DNA of 64,000 nt from Rickettsiales bacterium (GCA_031254335.1 JAIRUP010000014.1:3043-67042); one strand, 5' to 3'; counted from the first letter of the stretch, positions 37,487 through 46,094 are shown. Notes: generated by a model not told the origin, from the letters alone. Numbers and translations are program-made.

Positions 37487-37764
37487 AAATTCTCCACGGG
37501 AACTTTATAAACGCGCATGGCCTCTCCGGCCTTGTCGACTTCCGCGACAAGAATCTGCTTCGCGGTCTTCAAATGCTTGGAAACCATATAAGGCATGTGT
37601 TCAAGAAGCACTTCTTCCGTGGGCCGCCTGAAAAGAACGGCGCGTCCGCGGCCGGACGCGGAAAGCCGCGGCTCCAATTCGCCGCCCGCGCGCGCGGAAA
37701 GGACCAGCACCCAGGGCTTCCCCCGCCGCTCTATAAAATCGAAATAAGGCTCGACCGTCCGCAC
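37483..37764 (-). CDS. Small conserved protein of 93 aa, possibly of the DUF167 / YggU family
   Basis: Weak pattern similarity (VLVLSARAGG..., ...KHLKTAKQILV). Confidence 0.35.
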   Translation of the reverse strand: MRTVEPYFDFIERRGKPWVLVLSARAGGELEPRLSASGRGRAVLFRRPTEEVLLEHMPYMVSKHLKTAKQILVAEVDKAGEAMRVYKVPVENF

Positions 37765-37767
37765 AAC

Positions 37768-37820
37768 CCATCCCCTTTATTGTCATGGTCGGGCTTGACC
37801 CGACCATCCAGGTAATTGTC
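37768..37820 (+). repeat. Family-B hairpin element (TTGTCATGGTCGGGCTTGACCCGACCATCCAGGTAAT)
   Basis: Near-identical to the 6111 copy. Confidence 0.8.
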
Positions 37821-37867
37821 ATTTTATTATAGCATATTTATTTTTGCTATGCTATACACTTATCGCA

Positions 37868-38197
37868 ATGACCCAAAACGACGAGATTTTTCAGTTCATA
37901 CGGAACACGCAGGAGCGGCTGAACAACCCGGACCGCCAAGCGGCGATGCGCGCGGCGCAAACCGAGCCGACGGCGCAAAATCAGGGCCAAATACAAGACT
38001 TGAAGCTGGACCAAATCGTGTCGGATGTGTTCGTCGTGTCGCCTGCGCAGTTGGAGCTGATAATAGAATATACGGCGAAAAGCCTTGCAATCGGCCTGAA
38101 TGTTAAAACGATGTATCCGAAGATTTTACGGCTGACGGATAAAGCGTTGAAGGAAGCCATGAATAAATCGAAACGCCTCGGCGCCAAGCGAAAGTAA
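37868..38197 (+). CDS. Hypothetical protein of about 109 aa (the ORF track starts at 37844)
   Basis: Clean ORF with no motif recognised. Confidence 0.35.
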   Translation: MTQNDEIFQFIRNTQERLNNPDRQAAMRAAQTEPTAQNQGQIQDLKLDQIVSDVFVVSPAQLELIIEYTAKSLAIGLNVKTMYPKILRLTDKALKEAMNKSKRLGAKRK

Positions 38198-38217
38198 TTA
38201 CATCTCGTCACCCCGGC

Positions 38218-38226
38218 GGGGGGGGG
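38218..38226 (+). repeat. Poly-G9 homopolymer (intergenic)
   Basis: Counted directly. Confidence 0.6.
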
Positions 38227-38282
38227 CGCGATTTCGATGGATAATTTTAATAAAACTCAAAAAATAATTAGGGGCGTCGCGT

Positions 38283-38385
38283 TTCCCCCTCCCCTCCACC
38301 GTCATGCCAGCCCCCCCCCCCCTCCTCCGCCGTCATGCTGGCGAAGGCCAGCATCCAGTAATAAGTCCTGCGTTAGCAGGTTAAT
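38283..38385 (+). repeat. Family-B variant (hairpins TGCTGGCGAAGGCCAGCA and TCCTGCGTTAGCAGG) containing a poly-C12 tract at 38311-38322
   Basis: Same module order as B copies: hairpin, CCAGTAATAA, hairpin 2. Confidence 0.55.
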
Positions 38386-38387
38386 AA

Positions 38388-38556
38388 ACTCTAAAAAAGT
38401 TTAGCGCAATCGCGTTTTTGATGGATAATCGTCCAATACCGAGAAAAACCGACCGACGCTGGCCTTGGTCGCCGCCGCGGCGTGTCGGGTTTGCGACGGT
38501 AGTGGGTGATTTGACCCGGCGGACGGAAAAGTCCGCCCTGTTTTTTGTCCGCTTAT
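38388..38556 (+). repeat. Full-length family-D element of about 165 nt: conserved 5' box, long hairpin with copy-specific stem, box AGTGGGYGATTTR, and a terminal hairpin plus T-run
   Basis: Aligns with 51581-51740, 61036-61206 and 63322-63478. Short forms lie at 58240-58300, 38243-38283 and 6905-6945. Confidence 0.7.
38517..38548 (+). terminator. Intrinsic terminator formed by the 3' hairpin of the family-D element
   Basis: Hairpin GGCGGAC-GGAAAA-GTCCGCC followed by TTTTTT. Confidence 0.5.
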
Positions 38557-38565
38557 TTTTTGTCC

Positions 38566-38958
38566 TTACTCCGCCACAGGCTGGGTCTCGTCGGCTTCTT
38601 CTTCGACGACGGCGACCTCTTCGGCGGTCGCGGCGGGAATGACATCGCCGGACAATTCGGCGTCGATGGATTCAAGCATCTGGGTCTCTTCCGCGCTGTG
38701 TTCGATGTCTTTTTCTTCCTGGAATTCCTGGGTTGTGGGCTTCTTATAGCTTTGCACCAATTCGCGGCGAAGCCCCGGAATGTCGATTTTTCCGCTGGCG
38801 ATTTCGCGCAAGGCGCGCACGGTGTTCCTGTCCTTGGATTCGGGCAGAACGGAAGGAATCCCTGCGTTCAGGTCCCGCACGCGCTGGGCGGCAAGCAGGT
38901 TCAGTTCGTATTTGTTGTCCACATATTGTAAAGTGTCGCTGGTGGTTGTCCGTGCCAT
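38566..38958 (-). CDS. rpoZ: DNA-directed RNA polymerase omega subunit
   Basis: The N-terminus (NKYELNLLAAQRVRDL) matches the RpoZ signature, and there is an acidic C-terminal extension. Confidence 0.75.
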   Translation of the reverse strand: MARTTTSDTLQYVDNKYELNLLAAQRVRDLNAGIPSVLPESKDRNTVRALREIASGKIDIPGLRRELVQSYKKPTTQEFQEEKDIEHSAEETQMLESIDAELSGDVIPAATAEEVAVVEEEADETQPVAE

Positions 38959-39034
38959 ATTTTATTCCCTTTCTAATATAATTGAATATCCCGAATAATA
39001 AGTTATACTATCCTAAAATGCAAGAGTTAAATGA

Positions 39035-40321
39035 ATGCCTGTAATCGTCAAATCTTTCGGGTGCCGCCTGAACGCGCTCGAGGCCGCGAAAATCGAAATC
39101 GTGGCGTCGCGTGCGGGCCTGACCGACGCGCTGATATTCAATACCTGCGCGGTGACAGGCGAAGCGGAAGCCCAGGCCCGGCAAGCCATAAGGAAAGCGG
39201 CAAGGGAAAACCCTGGCGCGCGGATTTTCGTGGTGGGCTGCGGGGCGGACAGGAACCCGGACGGATTTGCGAAGCTGCCCAATGTCGCGGCGGTGATAAA
39301 AAACGCCGACAAATTCACCCCCGAATCATATAACCCAACTCCCCCCTTGCGGGGGAGTCGGCAAGGCGAAGCCGAGCCGGTGGGGGGTCAAAACATAACA
39401 ATCGAAAAATGCGGGCAGTTTTCAAAGGGTTTCGTCCAAATCCAAACGGGCTGCAACTATGCCTGCACATATTGTATTGTCCATACATTGCGCGGCCCCG
39501 CGCGCTCATTTGACTACGACGCAATCCTGGCGCAAACAAAACAGCTGACTTCAAGCGGTTATTCCGAAATCACCCTTACCGGCGTGGACATCGCCTCCTA
39601 CAAGTTCCCCTCCCCTGTCATGGTCGGGCAAGGACCCGACCATCCAGGTCATAAATCCCGCGATAGCGGGTTATTATCACTCATCCAAAAACTCTTGACC
39701 GACGACCCCGACATCCAACGCCTCCGCCTGTCATCCCTTGACCCGGCGCACGACTGGTCGGATTTAATCAAACTTATGAAAGAAAACCCGCGGCTTATGC
39801 CGCACCTTCACCTGTCCATGCAGTCGGGAAGCGACGAAATCCTGCGCCTTATGGCCCGCCGCCACCGCATCGCCGACATATTGAAACTCCCCCCTTGCGG
39901 GAAAGTCGGCGGCTTTGCCGCCGGTGGGGGGTCAATCACCTTCTCCGTGGACATCATAACCGGCTTCCCGGGCGAAACGGACGAACTCTTCCAAGAAACC
40001 CTAGCGACCCTCGAAAAGCTCCGCCCTATAAGAATCCACGCATTCCCGTTTTCGCCGCGCCCCGGCACGCCGGCGGCGACATTTCCAAACCAAGTCCCGA
40101 AATCGGTGGCGAAAGACCGGGTGCGGGAATTAAACGCGCTTGGGACTAAATTCCTAAATGAATTCATGGTTTCCCAACTTGGCCGCCCCACCCAAGTCCT
40201 AATGGAAAGGGGCGGCGTGGGGCGCACCCCGAACGATATAGAGTTTCTTTTTGACGCGCCCGAAGGGGCGATTTTGACCCTTACCCCGACCGAAATAAAA
40301 GACGCAAAATTCAAGGCCTAA
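39035..40321 (+). CDS. MiaB-family radical-SAM tRNA/ribosomal methylthiotransferase (MtaB/RimO-like), carrying three in-frame repeat insertions
   Basis: It has an N-terminal MTTase domain (KSFGCRLNALEAAKIE), the CxxxCxxC motif IQTGCNYACTYCIV, and a TRAM-like C-terminus. Insertions lie at 39327-39393 (A), 39603-39682 (B) and 39881-39934 (A). Confidence 0.8.
   Translation: MPVIVKSFGCRLNALEAAKIEIVASRAGLTDALIFNTCAVTGEAEAQARQAIRKAARENPGARIFVVGCGADRNPDGFAKLPNVAAVIKNADKFTPESYNPTPPLRGSRQGEAEPVGGQNITIEKCGQFSKGFVQIQTGCNYACTYCIVHTLRGPARSFDYDAILAQTKQLTSSGYSEITLTGVDIASYKFPSPVMVGQGPDHPGHKSRDSGLLSLIQKLLTDDPDIQRLRLSSLDPAHDWSDLIKLMKENPRLMPHLHLSMQSGSDEILRLMARRHRIADILKLPPCGKVGGFAAGGGSITFSVDIITGFPGETDELFQETLATLEKLRPIRIHAFPFSPRPGTPAATFPNQVPKSVAKDRVRELNALGTKFLNEFMVSQLGRPTQVLMERGGVGRTPNDIEFLFDAPEGAILTLTPTEIKDAKFKA
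39327..39393 (+). repeat. Family-A element in-frame in the methylthiotransferase gene
   Basis: AACTCCCCCCTTGCGGGGGAGTCGGCAAGGCGAAGCCGAGCCGGTGGGGGGTCA. Confidence 0.8.
39603..39682 (+). repeat. Family-B element in-frame in the methylthiotransferase gene (PSPVMVGQGPDHPGHKSRDSGLLSL)
   Basis: TGTCATGGTCGGGCAAGGACCCGACCATCCAGGTCATAAATCCCGCGATAGCGGGTT. Confidence 0.8.
39881..39934 (+). repeat. Family-A element in-frame in the methylthiotransferase gene
   Basis: CTCCCCCCTTGCGGGAAAGTCGGCGGCTTTGCCGCCGGTGGGGGGTCA. Confidence 0.8.
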
Positions 40322-40443
40322 CCCATATAACTCCTTGTTTTAAGCCATAATAAAGCATACAATAATTTATCGGCCAAAATCAATAACTTATACAGAAAAA
40401 TCCCCAAAAACCGGTTTCAGCTATAATCAAACACTTATTTGGC

Positions 40444-40530
40444 ATTTCATGTGAAATGGCGCGCTCCGCGCACCATTTCACATTATAATTGTCATGGTCG
40501 GGCCAGGACCCGACCATCCAGGTTATAATC
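40444..40530 (+). repeat. Palindrome (TGTGAAATGGCGCGC / GCGCACCATTTCACA) followed by a family-B hairpin
   Basis: Read directly. The B hairpin is TTGTCATGGTCGGGCCAGGACCCGACCATCCAGGTTAT. Confidence 0.7.
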
Positions 40531-40569
40531 AATATCATTTTGCGGGAAGCCTTATATGAAAATTTTCCC

Positions 40570-40597
40570 TTGCACAATACCTCACCTTTGCTACAAT
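40570..40597 (+). promoter_or_regulatory. Candidate sigma70 promoter (TTGCAC-N16-TACAAT) for the porin gene
   Basis: -35 at 40570-40575 and -10 at 40592-40597. A strong AAAGGAG ribosome-binding site precedes the ATG at 40650. Confidence 0.45.
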
Positions 40598-40649
40598 TCC
40601 CTCGGCGTCACCTAAGGACGCTTTTCATAAAACTCAAAAGGAGAAAAAT

Positions 40650-41801
40650 ATGAAAAACATAGTGAAGGGTCTTGCCATAGCGACTGCGGTTCTAACCGGC
40701 GCGAACGGCACGGCCGGTGCACAAAGCACGAAAAACCTCGAAAACCCCTTGTATATCCCGACGGCGGGCGAAGTCTGGTCCAAGACTGCGGCCGGCCTGG
40801 TGTATAAGGAAACCGACCACACTGACGCGCTGAAAGCCAAGGACCAGGCGGGACAAACGGAATTCCCGATTTGGAACCTGTATCAGGACTTGGGCGTCGG
40901 AATCACGGACCGCTTGAACGCGCGGGGCGGGGTCCGTTATACATATAACGACGAAACCGGCCGCAAGGGCTTGTCGGGCGGAAACGCCGGGCTTTCCTAC
41001 CGCGTGTTCGAAGGCGCGGCGACCAATGGCATAGTCTTTGATGTCTATGGCTTGGCCGGTCTGGGCGGTCTGTCCGAAATGACGGGCGAGTTCATCATAA
41101 ACGGGAACAAGAAATACTTCAATTACGACAACTATTCGCACGGCAGATACAGCGCGATTTTCGGTGCCTCTATCGGAAAGCAGTTCGATAAATTGTCGGT
41201 CGGCGTCTATGGCGATGTTGTCCGGGTCTTCGGGAACGACAACAACGAAATCCGCCTTGGAACCAGCAAATCGATAATGGAAGCAAACTTGGCTCCGCTT
41301 GGTGGTTCAACTGCGATTACGGCATGTTTGGCAAACCCGGGCGCGGGTTCCTGTCCGGCACTTCTTACAGGTTTCAATGCTAATGTAGCCGCGCAAACGG
41401 CCTATGCGATAACGCAAATGCCGGACAGCATAGCGGTCAATCTGAAATCCACGACGGAATATAACGCCGGACTTAAAGCGTTGTATGAAATCGACCAAAA
41501 ATGGTCGGTCGGCGGAACATTCGCCTATAAGTTCCACGCGGACAACGGCGTTGAATCGATTGCGACCAAGATAGCCAACCCTTATGCCGCGAACTTCGCC
41601 AAGGTATTGGCCGCCGGCATGGAGAACATGGACGACGGATTCGCTGAGTATATCGTCGGAGTCCTTGGCGCGTATCAAATAAACGCCGCCGTCCAAACGG
41701 CCGTCTATGCGGAATACACCTTTGACACGGCGCATGCGAACTCGCAATCGGGTTCGGATGTCAAGGCCGAGCTGGGTGTCCGCCTGAACGCCCGGTTCTA
41801 A
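40650..41801 (+). CDS. Outer-membrane beta-barrel protein / porin
   Basis: There is a signal peptide (AGA-QS) and alternating amphipathic beta-strands. The C-terminus ends in the aromatic residue F (..VRLNARF). Confidence 0.7.
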   Translation: MKNIVKGLAIATAVLTGANGTAGAQSTKNLENPLYIPTAGEVWSKTAAGLVYKETDHTDALKAKDQAGQTEFPIWNLYQDLGVGITDRLNARGGVRYTYNDETGRKGLSGGNAGLSYRVFEGAATNGIVFDVYGLAGLGGLSEMTGEFIINGNKKYFNYDNYSHGRYSAIFGASIGKQFDKLSVGVYGDVVRVFGNDNNEIRLGTSKSIMEANLAPLGGSTAITACLANPGAGSCPALLTGFNANVAAQTAYAITQMPDSIAVNLKSTTEYNAGLKALYEIDQKWSVGGTFAYKFHADNGVESIATKIANPYAANFAKVLAAGMENMDDGFAEYIVGVLGAYQINAAVQTAVYAEYTFDTAHANSQSGSDVKAELGVRLNARF

Positions 41802-41835
41802 TCGAACTAAACAAAAAACTAAAAAAGCTAGACGC

Positions 41836-41867
41836 GAAAAACCCGCCGCCCGGCGGGTTTTTCTTTC
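41836..41867 (+). terminator. Rho-independent terminator after the porin gene
   Basis: Hairpin CCCGCCG-CC-CGGCGGG followed by TTTTTCTTT. Confidence 0.7.
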
Positions 41868-41937
41868 GCTTGACCAAGACGCGAAAAAATCTCTATAATG
41901 GCGTTATCCTAGGGGAAATGGGGCTAAGGAGCATATC

Positions 41938-42084
41938 ATGAGGAAATTTCTTTTACTGTTCGTGTTCGCGCTGGCGACGGCGGGTTGCGGGCAGATTTAC
42001 GAGAAGGACCCGGTCGGCGTCGGGTATAGCCAGGACGAATTGAAATTGTCGCCCTGCGCCTGCATGATTGTGTATCGTGGATAA
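41938..42084 (+). CDS. Small secreted peptide or lipoprotein of 48 aa (MRKFLLLFVFALATAGCGQ...)
   Basis: AAGGAG ribosome-binding site 6 nt upstream, a signal peptide with Cys at position 17, and a TATAAT at 41894. It is not in the ORF track because it is shorter than 60 aa. Confidence 0.35.
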   Translation: MRKFLLLFVFALATAGCGQIYEKDPVGVGYSQDELKLSPCACMIVYRG

Positions 42085-42835
42085 TAGAAAGAACGCTGTC
42101 CCCTCCCCCGAATATCCCCAGCGTTTCGACATTCCGACAAACCCCGAAAACCGGCAGCTCGCGCTTTCGCGCCTTCTTGCGATTTGGACGCTTGCGCTTG
42201 CGGCGGTTCTGGCCGCGCTTGCGGGCGGGATTTACCTTGCGAAAAAATACCAGAACTCGCAGGCCCTTATCATCGTCCGAAGCCGCGACAATTCCGCATG
42301 GAGCGTTCTGGACGAGGTCCAGGATATAAACTCGGCCTATCTGATTCAGGAATATGTGGCGCGGGAATTCGTGCGCCGCTGGTTCGCGGTGGCGGCAAGC
42401 GAGGGCGCGAACGACGCGGCTTGGAAGACCTGCGTCCTGGCCAAATGCGGACAGGTGGACGAGAATATCCAAGGCGAAATCTGCTGCCAGACAACCCCCG
42501 AAATCTTCGCCGGATTTATGAATTCCCAGGTCCCCGAATACAGAAAAATCTTCGAGTCGCGCCGCGCGCGCGGCGTGGCGGCGGACGCGGGCGGCGCCCC
42601 GGATGTCCGCGCCAAGCCCTTGTCCCGCCCGGAGTTCGACGGCCAAGGCACGGTATGGCGTCTGCGTTTCGATGTCGTGAATTACGCCGTCAAACCTGAC
42701 GGAACCCAAAGCGAAACAAGCCGCGAACCCGTTGTGGCGTTCGTCCGCATAGGAACGAACGCGCAGGTCTATCCTAAAAATTTGGGGCAATATGTCGCCG
42801 GCTTCGATTACTTTTGGCGAGAGGTCCGGGAATGA
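42068..42835 (+). CDS. Bitopic membrane protein, VirB8-like (NTF2-fold) candidate; the start is uncertain (TTG in the ORF track)
   Basis: A single N-terminal TM (LAIWTLALAAVLAALAGGIYL) is followed by a periplasmic domain. The C-terminal NLGQYVAGFDY resembles the VirB8 NPxGFxV box. It is paralogous to the next gene. Confidence 0.4.
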   Translation: MCIVDNRKNAVPSPEYPQRFDIPTNPENRQLALSRLLAIWTLALAAVLAALAGGIYLAKKYQNSQALIIVRSRDNSAWSVLDEVQDINSAYLIQEYVAREFVRRWFAVAASEGANDAAWKTCVLAKCGQVDENIQGEICCQTTPEIFAGFMNSQVPEYRKIFESRRARGVAADAGGAPDVRAKPLSRPEFDGQGTVWRLRFDVVNYAVKPDGTQSETSREPVVAFVRIGTNAQVYPKNLGQYVAGFDYFWREVRE

Positions 42836-43443
42836 AAAACCTTCTGAATCTCTTGGCGGTCCTGCTGATAATCGCGCTTGCGGGCGCGGCGGTTTTTCTA
42901 TCGGCGGAAATTTACACCGCGGCGAAAAAATCCGAAGTCGTCCCGGTGGTTTTCCAAACCTCGAACTATGCCGAGGGTCGCGCGGACATAGTGCCCTTTG
43001 ACGAAATCCCGGACGATGAGGCCGTCGACTGGCTTGTCCGCCGCTGGATTGTCGAGGCCTATTATGTGATTCCCGACATGGCGGATGTCCGGACGCGCGG
43101 CGCGGAGGGGCGGGATTCCTTTATATGGTTCATGTCCGATTCACAAAGCGCGGTCTTCGAGACATGGCGGCAGTCGGTCTTCCCGGATATAGAGGAACTG
43201 GCGGCAAAGCGCGGCCTGCGCGAGGTCCGCGTCCAGAAAATCGCGAAGGAAGGCGACTATTACCGCGTGGATTTCCGGCTTGATTCATGGACCGCGCCGG
43301 ACAAAAGAAGGACCGAAACGAGGACGGCCTATGTGCGGGTCGAATTCGAGCGCGGGCTGCGCCCGAACGCCGAAAGGATTCTTAAAAACGGCGGCGACGC
43401 TTCGAAAATCTTCAAGTTCCGCGTGAACGATTTTCGGATTTGA
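42832..43443 (+). CDS. Bitopic membrane protein, paralog of the 42068 gene
   Basis: The start MKNLLNLLAVLL gives an ATGA overlap with the upstream stop. TM and domain architecture are the same as in the 42068 gene. Confidence 0.45.
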   Translation: MKNLLNLLAVLLIIALAGAAVFLSAEIYTAAKKSEVVPVVFQTSNYAEGRADIVPFDEIPDDEAVDWLVRRWIVEAYYVIPDMADVRTRGAEGRDSFIWFMSDSQSAVFETWRQSVFPDIEELAAKRGLREVRVQKIAKEGDYYRVDFRLDSWTAPDKRRTETRTAYVRVEFERGLRPNAERILKNGGDASKIFKFRVNDFRI

Positions 43444-43474
43444 CGGCGGAGGGTTATTGGATTAATATGAATAT

Positions 43475-44329
43475 ATGCTGAAAAGGATTCTGATTTTCGC
43501 CGCCGTTATTATGCTCGCCACGCCGCTCGCGCGCGCGGACGACGAGGATGCGGGCGACGACCCGTTTTTGGACGACTTCGACATGTATGCGCCGACGGAC
43601 GATTTCGGCGGAAGCGATTTGCTGGACGGCGACATCGAAAGCCGCGCGGCGTCGTGGTTCGACTGGCGCGATTTGCCGGAACGGTTTTCGCTGAACCCGA
43701 ATTCGTCGTTCGCAAGCGTCGGCGATTTCGACATATCGGGCATCATGCTCGGGATGTCGTTCGAGAGCGCGCGCGTCCTGTTCTTCCGCGAGGCCGCGAT
43801 TTATTCGCCAGCCGCGAAGAACGCGATTGTCTATTCCATCCCGCGCGAATGGCGGTTCAATTTGGATTACGAATGCCGCCGGCAGAAAATATTCGCGCCG
43901 CGGGATTTGGAAAGCTGCATAAACACCGCGGCGAAAAAACGCGGATTTTTGTATCCGTCCGAAATGCGGCTGGAACGGCCTTCGACCGGGGAATCGATTA
44001 CGGTTTATTTCACTTCGAACGCGACCGACAATGTCGTTTGGAAAATATCGTATTCCAACGATGTGAACAAGCTGCCCGGCGCGGCCGAAAAGTTCGAGAA
44101 CCAAAGGGATAAGAAAATCCTGGCGTTCTGGCAGATGATTCTTGAAAAATACGGGCCGCCCAATTCCGGCAACGATATATGGGCGTCAAGCGACAATCCC
44201 GCCGACCCGTTCATGACCGCGGGATACGGCGAATTGGGCCTTATCGACATCGGTTTGCGCAGCCTTGACGACATAGAGAACAACGATGATTCCCGCGAAA
44301 GATTCCGCGCAAAGCCTTACTCGTTTTAA
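43475..44329 (+). CDS. Secreted hypothetical protein of 284 aa with an acidic N-terminal region
   Basis: Signal peptide MLKRILIFAAVIMLATPLARA. No domain recognised. Confidence 0.45.
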   Translation: MLKRILIFAAVIMLATPLARADDEDAGDDPFLDDFDMYAPTDDFGGSDLLDGDIESRAASWFDWRDLPERFSLNPNSSFASVGDFDISGIMLGMSFESARVLFFREAAIYSPAAKNAIVYSIPREWRFNLDYECRRQKIFAPRDLESCINTAAKKRGFLYPSEMRLERPSTGESITVYFTSNATDNVVWKISYSNDVNKLPGAAEKFENQRDKKILAFWQMILEKYGPPNSGNDIWASSDNPADPFMTAGYGELGLIDIGLRSLDDIENNDDSRERFRAKPYSF

Positions 44330-44666
44330 GCGATACAAACAGGGATTGCTGGCCGAATTTTTGGCGGCTGCGCTGCTTCGCGTCAAAGGCTATGCGATTT
44401 TGGAGAAACGATTCAGGACCGGCAACGGCTCCGGGCGCGCCGAGATAGACTTAATCGCGCGGCGTGGAAACACAATCGTTTTCGTGGAAGTTAAAAGCAG
44501 AAAAACAATAGAAGACGGGCTGCTTGCGATTCCGCCCGCCCAGCAAATCCGCCTTCGCCGCGCGGCGGAATCGTATCTTGCCAAGCGCGCCCGCGGCATG
44601 GACGCGCGGTTCGATGTGATTATAGTCGCCGGATTCGGAATCCGCCATTTTAAGAATATGTTGTAA
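44286..44666 (+). CDS. yraN: YraN-family (UPF0102) endonuclease-like protein
   Basis: The pattern GEAAE..LL..KGY.IL....R...GEIDLIAR.G....FVEVKSR is conserved. Confidence 0.7.
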   Translation: MIPAKDSAQSLTRFKRYKQGLLAEFLAAALLRVKGYAILEKRFRTGNGSGRAEIDLIARRGNTIVFVEVKSRKTIEDGLLAIPPAQQIRLRRAAESYLAKRARGMDARFDVIIVAGFGIRHFKNML

Positions 44667-44727
44667 TTTCGAATATTATTTTGGCATTATGCCTTTTTAT
44701 GGGGAAATATTCAGTAGGAAGGTCTTC

Positions 44728-45159
44728 TTATCGGCTATGCTTGGCGGCGATGGCGTTTTCTATGACCGCTTTGTTTTTCATGATTTTTTGGACGGCGGCG
44801 GCGTTGCCGCGGGCTATGTCCATCATGGATTCAAGGTCGCTTTTGATGGCGGACAATTCGGCCGCGCCAAGCTTGTGCGGCCAGGACGACCACTTTTCGC
44901 CCAAGACTATATCCTGCACGAAGACCGGGCTGCCGTTTATCGCGGACATGACCGCGGTCCCGCAGGTGCAAAGCGGATAATACACATTGATTTGGTGTCC
45001 CTTGTGGTTTTTCAGAAACTTCTTCACGCCGCTGAACAAAAAGTCCTTGGGCTTCAAATGGAAGAGGACCGTGGAAGTGTCGTCGCCGTTGCCCGCCTCG
45101 ACATAGATTCTGTTCCCGGACTTATAGGCGTCGTTCAAATACCATTTCTGGACTATCAT
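44728..45159 (-). CDS. Hypothetical protein of 143 aa with a C.CG motif (PLCTCGTAVMSAING)
   Basis: The start MIVQKWY gives an ATGA overlap with the argC stop. The longer ORF-track form overlaps argC and is rejected. Confidence 0.4.
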   Translation of the reverse strand: MIVQKWYLNDAYKSGNRIYVEAGNGDDTSTVLFHLKPKDFLFSGVKKFLKNHKGHQINVYYPLCTCGTAVMSAINGSPVFVQDIVLGEKWSSWPHKLGAAELSAIKSDLESMMDIARGNAAAVQKIMKNKAVIENAIAAKHSR

Positions 45160-46094
45160 CGGACAAGGCCTTTGGTTTCCGCGACGCCGAGGGCGATGTT
45201 CATGTTCTGGACGGCCGCGCCGGACGCGCCCTTGCCGAGGTTGTCGAACACGGCGCAAACCAGCGCCTGCTCTTCGTTTCCGAAGACATGGATTTCCAGG
45301 TTGTTGGTGTCGTTGCATCTTTGCGCGTCCAGTCTTCCGGCGTTGAGGCAGTCCGCGCTTCCAAGCGGCATGACCTTTATAAAGGTCTGTCCCGCGTAAT
45401 GGTCGGACAATACTTCGTGGATTTTCTTCGCCGAATGGCGTCCGCTGTCCTTGCAGTCGAACGGGACCATGGTGTTCATTCCCTGCGCGATGTTGCCAAG
45501 AATCGGAACGAAGAGCGGCGCGGACTTAAGCCAGCACTGCTCTTTCATTTCCGGCAGGTGCTTGTGCGAAAGGCCAAGCGCGTAAGGCATGGGGCTGTTC
45601 AATGCTCCCGCGGCGGCCTCGTATTCTGCAATCATCTTTTTTCCGCCGCCGGAATAGCCCGTTATGGACTGGCACATAAGGACGGCTTCATAGGAGATGG
45701 TTTCGTTCGATATAAGCGGCCAGACTATGCTTATGAAGCCGGTCGCGTGGCAGCCGGGATTCGCAATGCGTTTCGATTGCGATATTTGCTTGCGCCGTTT
45801 TTCGTTTCTTTCGGGAAAGCCGTAGACCCAGTCCGGGTTGGTGCGGTGCGCGGTGGACGCGTCGATAATTATTGTGTCGGGATTTTCGACCAGGGACGCG
45901 GACTCTTTCGCGGCCGCGTCGTCAAGGCACAGGAACACGACATCGGCCCTGTTCATGTAATCTTTTTTGGCCGCCGGGTCTTTGCGCAGCTCGTCGGGAA
46001 TCGTCATGACTTCCATGTCGTCGCGGGCGGCCATGCGCTCGTCTATTTTAAGCCCGGTGGTTCCGCCCCGTCCGTCTATGAATGCTTTAATCAT
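45156..46094 (-). CDS. argC: N-acetyl-gamma-glutamyl-phosphate reductase (short type)
   Basis: The N-terminus reads DGRGGTTGLKIDE and the catalytic Cys region reads NPGCHATG. Confidence 0.8.
   Translation of the reverse strand: MIKAFIDGRGGTTGLKIDERMAARDDMEVMTIPDELRKDPAAKKDYMNRADVVFLCLDDAAAKESASLVENPDTIIIDASTAHRTNPDWVYGFPERNEKRRKQISQSKRIANPGCHATGFISIVWPLISNETISYEAVLMCQSITGYSGGGKKMIAEYEAAAGALNSPMPYALGLSHKHLPEMKEQCWLKSAPLFVPILGNIAQGMNTMVPFDCKDSGRHSAKKIHEVLSDHYAGQTFIKVMPLGSADCLNAGRLDAQRCNDTNNLEIHVFGNEEQALVCAVFDNLGKGASGAAVQNMNIALGVAETKGLVR

Noticed and set aside
41936-42790. ORF 41936..42790- (284 aa)
   Set aside because: It is antisense to the small secreted-peptide gene and the first VirB8-like gene. 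It is Arg-rich and low-complexity, typical of a spurious GC-rich frame.
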